This document shows positions 37,635 through 47,570 of a stretch of DNA of 64,000 bases, one piece after another; position 1 is the stretch's first letter, and each line of letters opens with the position of its first letter. The stretch lies in the IMG/VR virus record IMGVR_UViG_3300047202_000291. One strand, given 5' to 3'. The notes under the pieces were generated by a model that saw only the letters and a list, made by a program, of their open reading frames with translations, was not told where the DNA came from and made no database searches. The DNA is from a virus. Taxonomy: Duplodnaviria > Heunggongvirae > Uroviricota > Caudoviricetes. A program made the position numbers and the translations under genes.

Positions 37635-38225
37635 ATGGGAACTAGAGGCTTAATTGGATTTAGATCAAAAGATAAAGACTATTTGACCTATAATCACTTT
37701 GATAGCTATCCGGAATCTCTTGGTGTTGCTATCCTCGAAGAGCTTGAAACCATGGATTTTAACAAGCTGAAAAAGGCAATCGAAAAGCTCGTATTAGTTA
37801 ATGAGGATACAAAACCGACTTTTGAGCAGAGGCTTGATGTAGCTAAGGAGTTTTGGGATCTATCTGTTGGCAATCAAACACCAGAGAGTTGGTATTGTCT
37901 ATTGCGTAATGCCCAGGGAAAATTGTATCCTTATTACTCTGGCGAACTGAAATATATGATAGATAGCCATAATTTTATTACAGATAGTTTGTTCTGTGAA
38001 TGGGTATATATAGTTAATCTTGATACGATGAAGCTCGAGGTATGGCGTGGCTTCCAGAAAGCACCGCAGAAGGATAATCGTTACATTAAGGATGTGCCGT
38101 TGATTAAGGGAGAATATAAAAAACCCGAATATTATCCTTGCGCTCTTGTGAAAGAATATTCTTTGAAGAAGTTGCCTTCTAAGGATAAGTTTCTAAAGGA
38201 TTTGGAGGAAAAAGACGATGAATAA
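37635..38225 (+). CDS. Hypothetical protein
   Basis: ATG ORF on the + strand. Confidence 0.6.
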   Translation: MGTRGLIGFRSKDKDYLTYNHFDSYPESLGVAILEELETMDFNKLKKAIEKLVLVNEDTKPTFEQRLDVAKEFWDLSVGNQTPESWYCLLRNAQGKLYPYYSGELKYMIDSHNFITDSLFCEWVYIVNLDTMKLEVWRGFQKAPQKDNRYIKDVPLIKGEYKKPEYYPCALVKEYSLKKLPSKDKFLKDLEEKDDE

Positions 38226-38601
38226 GCAACAGCAAGCACAAAAGAAGAGATCTTATCAGCAAAGTGACCGTGATTTGAGGATTCTTATTAAGCGCGGGGT
38301 TCTTGTTAAGTCAAAGACCTCAAAAGGCTTTCTTCATTTGAGCGACAAGTTTATCCAAAAGCGAGCGAGGGCTATGATTAAGCTTTCCAGAGACAATAAG
38401 TTTAATCTTAATACTTTCAAAGGTTTCAAGGAATGGATTTGCGCAGCAAATTATCTAACTATTTTATCTATATTTGAGAAAGGTCTTCGAGAGGATATTC
38501 TTGATAGGTATTCTGATGTGGTCGAGGTCTTTGATAAGCCGATGATAAAGGAAGCAAAATTGCGTTTATATAAAAGAAAGGTGAACAAAAATGATAAGTG
38601 A
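38218..38601 (+). CDS. Basic hypothetical protein
   Basis: ATG ORF on the + strand. Confidence 0.55.
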   Translation: MNKQQQAQKKRSYQQSDRDLRILIKRGVLVKSKTSKGFLHLSDKFIQKRARAMIKLSRDNKFNLNTFKGFKEWICAANYLTILSIFEKGLREDILDRYSDVVEVFDKPMIKEAKLRLYKRKVNKNDK

Positions 38602-38776
38602 ATTTTTAACCACGGATAATATGGTTAAATTTACTCTCGCCCCTTATGGAGAATTTGGGAGTGTAACTTGGAATATAGCAATGAGTGTTGTGTTGATTAT
38701 AGCGATTATCCTATTGATTTCTGTGATCAAGGACGCGAAATTAAAAAAGAAGAAAGAAAAATTAGGGGTGATGTAA
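38591..38776 (+). CDS. Small membrane protein
   Basis: TM helix. Confidence 0.45.
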   Translation: MISEFLTTDNMVKFTLAPYGEFGSVTWNIAMSVVLIIAIILLISVIKDAKLKKKKEKLGVM

Positions 38777-38778
38777 AA

Positions 38779-38973
38779 ATGACAGATGCAGTATATGTCG
38801 GGCAGGGAGCTTGCAAGAAAGTCTATAGCGTGACTATAAGGGAACGCCAGGTTAATGAGAAAGGTAGGGTTACACAGAAGAGCCTTAACTCCATGAGTTT
38901 CCAGATTAAGGACGTTCTTGGCACAACTTCTCTTGGGGAAATCAAAGAGAAGCTGATGAGGTGCGTGAAGTGA
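38779..38973 (+). CDS. Hypothetical protein
   Basis: ATG with GGGGTGA SD upstream. Confidence 0.5.
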   Translation: MTDAVYVGQGACKKVYSVTIRERQVNEKGRVTQKSLNSMSFQIKDVLGTTSLGEIKEKLMRCVK

Positions 38974-38999
38974 GGCCAATAAAGAAAACTGTGAATCTT

Positions 39000-39113
39000 A
39001 TGCCTGAACTTTTAAAGGAGATTGAAACCTTCTGTCAAAAGGAAGATAGAAATTTCAGTCAATTGGTGCGGTGTGCCATTAGGGAATATTTAGATAAGCG
39101 GGGTGTCAAATGA
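39000..39113 (+). CDS. Ribbon-helix-helix (CopG/Arc-like) mini-protein (37 aa)
   Basis: RNFSQLVRCAIREYL. Confidence 0.45.
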   Translation: MPELLKEIETFCQKEDRNFSQLVRCAIREYLDKRGVK

Positions 39114-39230
39114 GCAATTGGAGTTGTTTTAAATGTGGCTTTGAGGCACAAGAAAACAGGTTGAAGATCACAAATGCCCCGGTCTTATTTTGGTGAAGGA
39201 TAAGCAAGGGAAATTACACAAGGTGATAAG

Positions 39231-39569
39231 ATGAAAATAGTCGAAGAAGATAGCTGGAAGAGAAGCGTATCATTAGATAAGGATTATGATTATTTCACAA
39301 AACATAGGAAGATTATTCGTGATATTGCTTTAAATCATAATTTGAGGTTTAGATGGTTTTGTTCATTTGAGAAGAAGCTGAAGCAAGGAAATAGTGTTTT
39401 TATAGACGAGGCCGTGATTAATTTCACAGATAACCAATTTAAAATATTTGTTCATTATGATATGGTAATATATGATACACCTCGTTTCAAAAGAAGTATT
39501 CTTGGTTTTGCAAAGGATCTTGAGTTAAGGACAAAACGAAAAGTGAATGTAATATTTAGTAATATTTAG
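39231..39569 (+). CDS. Hypothetical protein
   Basis: ATG ORF on the + strand. Confidence 0.55.
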   Translation: MKIVEEDSWKRSVSLDKDYDYFTKHRKIIRDIALNHNLRFRWFCSFEKKLKQGNSVFIDEAVINFTDNQFKIFVHYDMVIYDTPRFKRSILGFAKDLELRTKRKVNVIFSNI

Positions 39570-39581
39570 AAGGTGACTATA

Positions 39582-40100
39582 ATGGCACTTTCAAACTCAA
39601 AAAATAAATCGAGCGAATTTGGTCGTGGTTTATGTATTTGTTTGGTAAAATTCGCAGAGCATTGTGAGAGGGATCAATCTCTTGGTGTTATTTACAAATG
39701 GATGAAGGAAACTCCGGAGAATCAGAAGGCTATGCTCTTAGAAAATCCCCCGGATAAGCTTAATTTTGGATCAATTTTGCATAATCTTAAGTCTTTTGTA
39801 GATATTGCCAATAAGATTTATGAGGGCGATTTCAAAAAAGCCATGTCTCATAGGATTGAGATGGTGATGAATGGCGCATCAGATCATTTATATGAGATTC
39901 AAGTTCCTGGTGAGCCTTTCTGGGATGATATTAGGATTGCAGTTGACTTGTTAAGGACTAAGGCTCTTGCAATGGGTCACGGGTTTACTGGTCAGATTTG
40001 GACAATTGAGGATTTAATTGAAGTGAGGCAGGCAACGAGGGATGTTGCGATGATGATAGATAAGAGGCTTTATTTAGAGCCGGAGGAAGGTGAGTGGTAA
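39582..40100 (+). CDS. Hypothetical protein
   Basis: ATG after AGGTGA. Confidence 0.55.
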   Translation: MALSNSKNKSSEFGRGLCICLVKFAEHCERDQSLGVIYKWMKETPENQKAMLLENPPDKLNFGSILHNLKSFVDIANKIYEGDFKKAMSHRIEMVMNGASDHLYEIQVPGEPFWDDIRIAVDLLRTKALAMGHGFTGQIWTIEDLIEVRQATRDVAMMIDKRLYLEPEEGEW

Positions 40101-40813
40101 TGGCAAATGTGAGGCGAATATTGGCGTGGCTTTATTGGCTGGCTCTTTTTATAGCTGTGTTTAAGGGCATCTGGTGGGCTTTTGGCTTTGCAGTTGGTCT
40201 AAGCTTGGTAATTACAGCTCTGTCCTTATTCTATGAGAGAAAGCCTTTGAAGCATCCTTCTTTTGTTGAGAAGGTTCAGCGTAGGCTTGGTCTTTCATTT
40301 GTTAAGGTGTCTATTGCCCAGGCAAAGCCAAAGAGAATCATAGCTGGGTTTGTTATCCCTATTTTTCCTGCTTTTGTCAAGATTCGTTACCAAAATGAAA
40401 AGATAAAGCTTGAGGCAATCATTCATGAGCTTTGTCATCTGCATTACTTTATTTATGGTTTCCAGATCGCTGGTTTCCTGTTGCTTGTTCAATTAGGTAT
40501 CGGCATTAACCCATTGATCAAATGGTCTATCTTTGTTCTGTTCTTGTTGTTCCAGGAATTTCTTGCATTTAATCATGCTCATAAAATCGGCAAGGAGTTT
40601 GGTATCGATACGAGGAAATTCAATAATAAGATTCTCTTTAAGTATGTTTTAGTTTATTCGACAGTTGCTGCACTCGCCTATATAACTATGTATGTCTTGC
40701 GGTCATCGGTTGGCTTTCTATTTGGGGTTCTATTGTTCTTTATCGCAGTTAAGATTATTGATATGAGTTTTTGGTATTTATTTAAATTCATAGATGGAGT
40801 AATTGGAAAATGA
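40100..40813 (+). CDS. Polytopic membrane protein with an HExxH motif (putative intramembrane metalloprotease)
   Basis: IIHELCHLHY embedded among TM helices. Confidence 0.55.
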   Translation: MANVRRILAWLYWLALFIAVFKGIWWAFGFAVGLSLVITALSLFYERKPLKHPSFVEKVQRRLGLSFVKVSIAQAKPKRIIAGFVIPIFPAFVKIRYQNEKIKLEAIIHELCHLHYFIYGFQIAGFLLLVQLGIGINPLIKWSIFVLFLLFQEFLAFNHAHKIGKEFGIDTRKFNNKILFKYVLVYSTVAALAYITMYVLRSSVGFLFGVLLFFIAVKIIDMSFWYLFKFIDGVIGK

Positions 40814-40983
40814 TGAAGGGGATATGTTACTGTAATGTGAGCGGTTGTCGAAACCTCGTCTTGATTAGAATATTTAGTCAGACTGGGAAAACAATTGTAG
40901 CTCAATATTGTGAGGAGCACACCCTTTGGGCATTGGAGCAAATTGCCCACTCATATCATATAATAAGGAAGGTGAAACCATGA
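40810..40983 (+). CDS. Cys/His small protein (57 aa)
   Basis: CYC..C...CEEH. Confidence 0.4.
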   Translation: MMKGICYCNVSGCRNLVLIRIFSQTGKTIVAQYCEEHTLWALEQIAHSYHIIRKVKP

Positions 40984-41198
40984 AGAGTGAAATGAAGCCA
41001 GGGGATTTTGAGCCGAGAATCGTAAAAAAGGGCATTGAGGAAACTTCTCTTAAAGTTAAGGAAGGCGGGACTTATTGGTATGTTGCGGCAGCAGAGGGCG
41101 GTGGTTATGATGTTAAGGAAGAGATCGATGCTATTATTTTATCTCATCTTATCAGGATAGAGATCATATTGAAGAAGAATTTCAGGAGGCTTTCTTAA
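40980..41198 (+). CDS. Hypothetical protein
   Basis: ATG at 40980. Confidence 0.5.
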   Translation: MKSEMKPGDFEPRIVKKGIEETSLKVKEGGTYWYVAAAEGGGYDVKEEIDAIILSHLIRIEIILKKNFRRLS

Positions 41199-41590
41199 TG
41201 AACATAGATATAGATAAGGTATTTTTGACATTGAAGCTGGAGTTCAGTAATCTTGAAGAAGCTTTATTGGCTAAGCAAAGGCTTGGTGAATACTTTAGAA
41301 ATATCCGGCTTAATGTTGAAAAAGTAAATTATAAGAGGAAGCTTGTAAGGCAAAAGCTAATTTTGGAAAGGCTTAATGCGCATCATGAGCCTGTTTTGAT
41401 AGGCTATCTTTGGAGGCTTGTTCGTCCAGGTATGAATATATCATATAAGCAATTCTCAAGGGACATCAGCGAGCTTCTATTGAAAGGGGATATTTGTGGA
41501 AAGAGGCAGAAAGGCTACGGTGGAAATACAACAATATTGTGGGTGAAAGGCTATGAAAGTGCTACGGATAAATATAAACGGAAATTTTAA
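41198..41590 (+). CDS. Hypothetical protein
   Basis: ATG ORF on the + strand. Confidence 0.55.
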   Translation: MNIDIDKVFLTLKLEFSNLEEALLAKQRLGEYFRNIRLNVEKVNYKRKLVRQKLILERLNAHHEPVLIGYLWRLVRPGMNISYKQFSRDISELLLKGDICGKRQKGYGGNTTILWVKGYESATDKYKRKF

Positions 41591-41674
41591 GTTTGCGCGC
41601 GAAATTGTAGGAGATATCGAAGAATTGGAGATTGCAATTCTTCCGGGTAAGCTGACGAAAAGAGGAGTTAAAAA

Positions 41675-42001
41675 ATGAGATATGAAAATTTATTTGTTAA
41701 ATCAATCGAAGGGGGAAAAAATCACATGGAGCATTTTGGTAAATCTAGGAAAATTAGGACAGATGAGTTTTTGGATTCTGCGGGATATATAAGGAGGCTT
41801 CGGCACGATCCCGGACCATCTTTTTTGTCGATTTTATTCATGGTCTTGGTTGTTGCTTTAGTGTTCCTTATTGTTTCCTTTTGGAAAATTATTCTTATGG
41901 TGCTTATGGGCATTATACTTTTAATCGGTGCAATTTTCCTGCTTGTTCGTTTAGTTAAAAAGAACAAGGAAAAGCGAAGGCAAGTATTGATATGGAGATA
42001 A
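41675..42001 (+). CDS. Membrane protein
   Basis: Two TM helices. Confidence 0.5.
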   Translation: MRYENLFVKSIEGGKNHMEHFGKSRKIRTDEFLDSAGYIRRLRHDPGPSFLSILFMVLVVALVFLIVSFWKIILMVLMGIILLIGAIFLLVRLVKKNKEKRRQVLIWR

Positions 42002-42002
42002 G

Positions 42003-42443
42003 ATGAAGAAAGGAGCTCATCATTCAGAGAAGACAAAAGCCAGATTGGCTGAGGCAACTCATTTGGCTTATAAACGAGGAAAATTAAAGGCCGGTAAGAA
42101 ATATCAGTTTAAGAAAGGCGAAATTCCTTGGAATAAAGGTCTCGAGGGATTCAATCCAAGTCCGGAAACCTGCTTTAAGGAAGGTCAGTTTGTTGGCAAA
42201 GAGCATCCAAGCTGGAAAGGTGGTATTCAGCATATAACTAACGATTGTGTGCATCTCTGGGCTGGTTGCAATAAGCGTGTCCGTCGTCCAAGGATAATTT
42301 ATAAAAAATACTTCGGTAAGATACCGAAAGGTTTTATTGTCTTCCATAAGGATGGCGATAAGGAAAATGATGATCCTAATAATCTCATAGCGATAAGTCG
42401 CGCTGAGCTTTTGGAAATAAATAACAAAAAACGGAGGAAATAA
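42003..42443 (+). CDS. HNH endonuclease with a NUMOD3-like motif
   Basis: HHSEKTKARLAEA (NUMOD3-like). FHKDGDKENDDPNNL (HNH). Confidence 0.65.
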   Translation: MKKGAHHSEKTKARLAEATHLAYKRGKLKAGKKYQFKKGEIPWNKGLEGFNPSPETCFKEGQFVGKEHPSWKGGIQHITNDCVHLWAGCNKRVRRPRIIYKKYFGKIPKGFIVFHKDGDKENDDPNNLIAISRAELLEINNKKRRK

Positions 42444-42445
42444 AA

Positions 42446-42646
42446 ATGGTTGAAGAAACAATATATGTAGAAAGATATCAAGGACAGAACATCGTGGATA
42501 AAGGAACTTTTAAGACGATGGATGAAGTAAAGACAAAAGTTCTTGCTTGGATTATGGCCGGAGCACAGCCAGCAGAGATTGTTTGCTATGCAGTTAGGGA
42601 TATTAAGTTCAATATAGTCCGAAAAGTAGATATTGAATTTATTTGA
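42446..42646 (+). CDS. Hypothetical protein
   Basis: ATG ORF on the + strand. Confidence 0.45.
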   Translation: MVEETIYVERYQGQNIVDKGTFKTMDEVKTKVLAWIMAGAQPAEIVCYAVRDIKFNIVRKVDIEFI

Positions 42647-42654
42647 GGCGCAAT

Positions 42655-42915
42655 ATGCAGTTTAAGACGAAAGCCTGCTTAAGGATAGAGAAATTTTTGA
42701 GGAAGGAATGTGTTGGCTGTTTCTTTTCTACTTGGCGGCCTTATGAGCCTTTTAGTGCTGTGCTTTGTGATATTTCTGGGAAGCAAAAGAAGCCAACCGA
42801 TTCCTGTAAAAAATTTAAGTGTTCTGAGTTTAGGAAAAAGGAGATGCATAGGCTCCTTTTGCAGTGTTCTCCGAGGGAGAAAAAAGAGCTTTCAAAATTC
42901 ATTGGACAAAAATAA
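42655..42915 (+). CDS. Cys-rich hypothetical protein
   Basis: ATG at 42655. Confidence 0.45.
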   Translation: MQFKTKACLRIEKFLRKECVGCFFSTWRPYEPFSAVLCDISGKQKKPTDSCKKFKCSEFRKKEMHRLLLQCSPREKKELSKFIGQK

Positions 42916-42965
42916 CGAAACATTTATAAACTTAATAACTTTAGTGGGTTTGATAAGGTGATAAA

Positions 42966-43292
42966 ATGGCAGCAACTTTGTTTTGGATGGATATGATTCG
43001 GGACAGGTTGATTTCTTATCCTTATAAAAATAAGGAAGAAAAGAAACTTATCAGTAATTTTATGGCTCCGGTTATTTTAATGGGGGTCGAAGCAGAGCGC
43101 GATCTTAACAAAAGCCTCAAACAGTCTTTACGTGAAACCAAGCATGATTGTGGGGCAGCCTCAAAGATTCTGATTAAGGAATTAATGCATGTTGATAAAT
43201 CTATAATTGCTAAAAAGCCTAATTGTATTTTCTGTGGAAAGCCTCTTGATAAGCATAGTGGAAATTGCAAGGTGAAGCCTAGTGACTTATAA
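42966..43292 (+). CDS. Hypothetical protein with a CxxC...C motif
   Basis: ATG ORF on the + strand. Confidence 0.5.
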   Translation: MAATLFWMDMIRDRLISYPYKNKEEKKLISNFMAPVILMGVEAERDLNKSLKQSLRETKHDCGAASKILIKELMHVDKSIIAKKPNCIFCGKPLDKHSGNCKVKPSDL

Positions 43293-43596
43293 ATCTGATT
43301 TGAACTGGGAAGTTATGTTGGCAGCATTTATGTTAGGTTCAGCTTTTATCCAAGGAATTGTAAATGGCTCTTTGACAATATTTATTTTCTTTTTTATGCC
43401 TTCTTTGGCGTTGGTGATTTTACAATATCGAAGAACTGTCATTCTTCCTTCAAGGCAAGCACATCTGGAGTTAAAATCAGCCTTAGATGAAATCGATAAG
43501 ATTAAAAGAAGCCAAAGCGATGCGCCAAAGCATAGCTTAGCCGATATGAAGAAAATAACCAAAAGAGCAAAATCAAAAAGGGTGAAGTCAAAATGA
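43282..43596 (+). CDS. Membrane protein
   Basis: TM helices. Confidence 0.5.
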   Translation: MTYKSDLNWEVMLAAFMLGSAFIQGIVNGSLTIFIFFFMPSLALVILQYRRTVILPSRQAHLELKSALDEIDKIKRSQSDAPKHSLADMKKITKRAKSKRVKSK

Positions 43597-43931
43597 ACAT
43601 CTTATTTTTGGTGGCATTGGCTGTTGTTATAATTGTCTATGTTCTCATTAGTCGAAAGGAGACAAAGGAAGCCATTAAAAAGACAACCCCAAAGGAAGAC
43701 GCCGGAAAATTCTTCCATCATTTTTCTCAAACTTTAATTTATCTATTTATATTAATGATATGGGGTTTGCGTTGGATCTTCGGCATTTTCAAGGTCTTCA
43801 TTAATTGGTATAAGTCTAAACCAAAAAAAGAAGAGGAGAAAAAGCCAAATAAGCAGCCAAAAGGAACTTTATGGTGTCCTCGATGCCAGAAGTTTTTCAA
43901 AAAAGATCATGCTTGTTTCAAAGGGGGATAA
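43593..43931 (+). CDS. Membrane protein with a C-terminal CxxC
   Basis: TM helices. Confidence 0.5.
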   Translation: MNILFLVALAVVIIVYVLISRKETKEAIKKTTPKEDAGKFFHHFSQTLIYLFILMIWGLRWIFGIFKVFINWYKSKPKKEEEKKPNKQPKGTLWCPRCQKFFKKDHACFKGG

Positions 43932-43932
43932 A

Positions 43933-44358
43933 ATGGAAAAAACAAATATTAAGAAAAAAAGAAAAGAACTTGTTGTTCCAAAGCCTCCAGTCATACATTC
44001 AGGGACAACTCCTCTGAGCGTAGCAAATTCTTCGCAAATAAAATCATCTAATCGATTAACCGTGGGTCAATGGGCTTTTGTGTTTTTGATTGCAGCTTGT
44101 ATTCTATTGTTATATTTAGTGGTTACTGGCGGGTTCATTCATATGAAAGAAGCTTCGGCTAATAAGAGGGTGTCTGTTTATGGCGAGAATGGGGCGCTCA
44201 ATGAAATTTCATGTGCAGATATTTGCGATAGCCATAATTATGTTACTATTGGAGTTGCACACGGTGTCGAGACTAATCGTAATCCAGTATGCTTTTGTGT
44301 TGAGAGTATAGCATATGAAAAGAAAACAGAAAATAAAATATGGACATTTACCATATAA
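43933..44358 (+). CDS. Membrane-anchored Cys-containing protein
   Basis: ATG at 43933. Confidence 0.5.
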   Translation: MEKTNIKKKRKELVVPKPPVIHSGTTPLSVANSSQIKSSNRLTVGQWAFVFLIAACILLLYLVVTGGFIHMKEASANKRVSVYGENGALNEISCADICDSHNYVTIGVAHGVETNRNPVCFCVESIAYEKKTENKIWTFTI

Positions 44359-44371
44359 GCGAGGTGGAAAA

Positions 44372-44965
44372 ATGGAAGTAAGCAAAGGTTGGGTTGTTGG
44401 AATAACTATAACGGCCATATTGTTGTTTCTTATATTTACATCAATAGGCTGGGTCGTCGGCTTCTATAATAAGATGGTTGTAGCAAGGCAGGACATTGAT
44501 ACGCAGTTCAGCAACATAAAGACAGAGTATCAGAGAAGGGCAGATCTCTTTGTCAATCTTGTTGAAGTCGCGAAAGGTTATGCAAATTTCGAGCAGGATA
44601 CATTAGTTGAAGTTACCAAGATGCGTAATCTTAATTTCGCAGGGCTTCAAGGAACAAAGGAAGAGCAGATGGCTCAGCTTAATGGCATAGAAGGCACTTT
44701 GTCAAGGTTGTTGGTTGTGCTTGAGAAATATCCCGAATTGAAGACGGTTGAGCTTTATACTAAGCTCCACGACCAAATTCGTTCAACAGAGGATAGGATA
44801 CAGATTGCTCGTTCGGACTACAACGGCATTGTTAGGAGCTATAACATTCAGAGACAAAGATTCCCGAATGTTCTGCTTGCAAATATAATGGGCTTTGCTC
44901 AGGAGAAATACTTTGAGAACCAGCCCGGAACAGAGCAGGCACCCGTAATAAATGCAACAATTTAG
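44372..44965 (+). CDS. lemA: LemA-family protein
   Basis: N-terminal TM then YQRRADLFVNLVEVAKGYANFEQ...R. SD GAGGTGG upstream. Confidence 0.7.
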   Translation: MEVSKGWVVGITITAILLFLIFTSIGWVVGFYNKMVVARQDIDTQFSNIKTEYQRRADLFVNLVEVAKGYANFEQDTLVEVTKMRNLNFAGLQGTKEEQMAQLNGIEGTLSRLLVVLEKYPELKTVELYTKLHDQIRSTEDRIQIARSDYNGIVRSYNIQRQRFPNVLLANIMGFAQEKYFENQPGTEQAPVINATI

Positions 44966-44972
44966 GATTAAA

Positions 44973-45365
44973 ATGAAAGGAACTTACTTTGCAGTTTATT
45001 GTGCAGTATTGGGTTTCATCCTATTTTTAAGCCTGATGTATATGATTTCGAGTTTTAGCGCAACAGGCTATTATGTGGTTGAAACCCATACAACTCCTTT
45101 CGCATTGCCGACAACACAGGTTGTTTCCCAGGTTCCAGAAAAGCCGCAGGAAATCCAGCATTATGAGCAGATGCGTGATGACATTGTGAAGCAAGAGGAA
45201 GGGATTTCTGCAAATATCAGCCAGGAATTTAATGTGACACAGAACATTATTGAGTTTTATAATCAGATGGCTGGGAAATTTTCTGGTTGGATTACTGTAA
45301 CCACGATAATATTATTCATATTGGTCTTTTTCAAAGGTTTTGCGAAAGGAATATGGCGTTGGTGA
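44973..45365 (+). CDS. Small membrane protein, paralog A
   Basis: Shares PEKPQEIQHYEQMRDDIVKQEEGIS with the next gene. Confidence 0.55.
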   Translation: MKGTYFAVYCAVLGFILFLSLMYMISSFSATGYYVVETHTTPFALPTTQVVSQVPEKPQEIQHYEQMRDDIVKQEEGISANISQEFNVTQNIIEFYNQMAGKFSGWITVTTIILFILVFFKGFAKGIWRW

Positions 45366-45369
45366 AATT

Positions 45370-45750
45370 ATGAAAAAGAAAAACTTCATTTTATATTGCA
45401 GTGGCCTTGGAGTCCTTGTTTTAATAGGTTTCATAATGATGTTAGTCGGCCTTAACTCCACTTATTATGTTAAGGGAACTTACACGACAGTTAAATATGT
45501 TCCAGATAAGCCTCAGGACATGCAGCATTATGAGGCTGCGCGTGACAGCATCGTTAAACAGGAAGAGGGCATTAATCAAGATATAAATAATTGGAATACT
45601 TCAAGCGTCACTTCTATGAGTGAGATGTTTAGTGTGACTATGGCGACGGTAGTAACCGGAGTTGGTTCTTTTGCAAGCTTGATAGTCTTGCTGATTGTCC
45701 TTGGATTTATAGTTGGATTATTCATAAAATTATCAACATTGTTTAAATAA
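45370..45750 (+). CDS. Small membrane protein, paralog B
   Basis: PDKPQDMQHYEAARDSIVKQEEGIN. Confidence 0.55.
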   Translation: MKKKNFILYCSGLGVLVLIGFIMMLVGLNSTYYVKGTYTTVKYVPDKPQDMQHYEAARDSIVKQEEGINQDINNWNTSSVTSMSEMFSVTMATVVTGVGSFASLIVLLIVLGFIVGLFIKLSTLFK

Positions 45751-45765
45751 AACGGAGGGTGTAAA

Positions 45766-46734
45766 ATGGAAGAAGATTTAAGGAAAGTAATGAAGATTGT
45801 CCTTACGGGAGGAGTGATTTTGATATTTATAATCCTGTTTTTTGGGACATTCTATACAATACAGTCGGGTCAGGAGGGTATTCTTTTGACTTTCAATAAG
45901 GCAGCGCCAGCAGGTATTCAGCCAGGGCTTCATCTGAAGTTTCCATTGATCCAGAGAATTGTGAAATTCAATGTCAGGACGCAGGCTTACGGCGCTAGCG
46001 GAACTGAAAACACATTGGAAAGTGCAGCATCATCAGATCTTCAGCAAGTGAAGATGCAGTTGGTTGTGAATTACCATTTAACTGCGGGTAGAGTTCCCGA
46101 GTTGTTCACAAACGTAGGGCCTGCTTATGAAGATACTGTTATTAGGCCAACAGTTCATGAAGCAACAAAGGCTTGTACAGCGAAATTTGCGGCAGTGGAG
46201 CTAATTAATAAGAGAGAGGACGTAAGTGTTTGTATGAGCGATTTGTTGAAGGGGAAACTAGGTATATATAATATAGTGGTTGAGCAGGTATCAATCACGG
46301 CCTTTGATTTCAGTGAGCAATTCAACAACGCTATCGAACAAAAAGTAACAGCAGAGCAGGATGCATTGAAAGCAAGGAATAAGCTTGAGCAGATTAAGAT
46401 GGAAGCTGAGCAAGTTCGTGCGGCTGCAGCAGGGCAAAGGGACGCTAAGATAGCTACTGCTGAGGGAGAGGCTCAATATATCAAGCTCATTCAGGAGCAG
46501 CTTATAAGGAGTCCTCAATACATTGAGTATGTGAAAGCAAAGCAGTGGAATGGTGTGTTGCCTCAATTTTATATGAGTGGCAGCAGTAATCCGTTGATCA
46601 TGCAGTTGCCTAGCTTGACATCGAGTAGCTTGACTGCTTCGAGCAGCGGGTATGTGCCGGTGGAGGTTCCATTGACTATGCCTGGTGAGATTATTGCACA
46701 TGGTACGAATGCGACAAATTCAACCAAAGCTTGA
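45766..46734 (+). CDS. SPFH/band-7 (prohibitin/HflK-like) membrane protein
   Basis: N-terminal TM; GQEGILLTFNK...PGLHLKFPLIQ...VQLVVNYHL; C-terminal coiled coil. Confidence 0.75.
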   Translation: MEEDLRKVMKIVLTGGVILIFIILFFGTFYTIQSGQEGILLTFNKAAPAGIQPGLHLKFPLIQRIVKFNVRTQAYGASGTENTLESAASSDLQQVKMQLVVNYHLTAGRVPELFTNVGPAYEDTVIRPTVHEATKACTAKFAAVELINKREDVSVCMSDLLKGKLGIYNIVVEQVSITAFDFSEQFNNAIEQKVTAEQDALKARNKLEQIKMEAEQVRAAAAGQRDAKIATAEGEAQYIKLIQEQLIRSPQYIEYVKAKQWNGVLPQFYMSGSSNPLIMQLPSLTSSSLTASSSGYVPVEVPLTMPGEIIAHGTNATNSTKA

Positions 46735-46819
46735 ACTTAATCAAGAGCAGTCAATATTTGAAACTTTTTTTTCAATTTTTCCAGTTTTTCTTTTATCTGG
46801 GTTGATCGGGGTGATAATT

Positions 46820-47011
46820 ATGGTAGCTGAGCGAGTTAAGAGGAAAGTCAGTCAAGCGACAAATGTAGCTGGGAAAATCTTGGCTGATTGGAAAATTGGA
46901 GAGCCAAAGCAACAGGAGGATTTTGTTGCCTATTTGTTTAAGCAATGGCAATTTTGGGTAATCCTCATAGTCTTGCTTTTGGTATTTGTCCTGGCAATAT
47001 TAAACAGTTAA
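46820..47011 (+). CDS. Small membrane protein
   Basis: ATG after GGGGTGATAATT; the start could lie upstream (TTG/GTG). Confidence 0.4.
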   Translation: MVAERVKRKVSQATNVAGKILADWKIGEPKQQEDFVAYLFKQWQFWVILIVLLLVFVLAILNS

Positions 47012-47024
47012 ACGAGGTGTTTAA

Positions 47025-47570
47025 ATGAAAGCTAGAATAGGAAATGTGGAATTTGAAGTATATAGTGAAGAAGATTTGAAGCTTCTTTCTAAATTTACTG
47101 AAGACAAAAAATTATTCGAAAAGATAGAGAAAACAAAAGAGACAGAAAAAGCAAGAAAAACGCATATCGTCCCTCACTTAATAACAGGAAAGTTGCTTAG
47201 TAGGGATAATAGAATTGCTCAAGCAGTAAAACTTTCAGAGAAAGAAGGCATTGCGCTTGGTCCAGCTTGCCAAAAGCTTGGTTTCTATGCTTGCGGGATA
47301 GACTATAAACGAGCAGTAGAAAAGTTTGGTTATAAAAAAGGACATTATAGGAAAAGGAAACCTAAGCTGGTTATTCTCGATAGTTTGCCTAATATAAAAG
47401 GCAGGCGAAAGAGTAAATGGTGGACTAAAAAGGAAAAGGCTTTTCTTGATAAGGCAAGGCACGATTTGCCCGTAGGTAAGATTGCCAAGCTCTTGAAAAG
47501 GTCTTCAGCAGCAGTAAGGTGTCAGATATGGCTTTTGCAGCATCCAGAAATGCCAAAGAGTAGAAAATGA
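47025..47570 (+). CDS. Basic hypothetical protein
   Basis: ATG ORF on the + strand. Confidence 0.6.
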   Translation: MKARIGNVEFEVYSEEDLKLLSKFTEDKKLFEKIEKTKETEKARKTHIVPHLITGKLLSRDNRIAQAVKLSEKEGIALGPACQKLGFYACGIDYKRAVEKFGYKKGHYRKRKPKLVILDSLPNIKGRRKSKWWTKKEKAFLDKARHDLPVGKIAKLLKRSSAAVRCQIWLLQHPEMPKSRK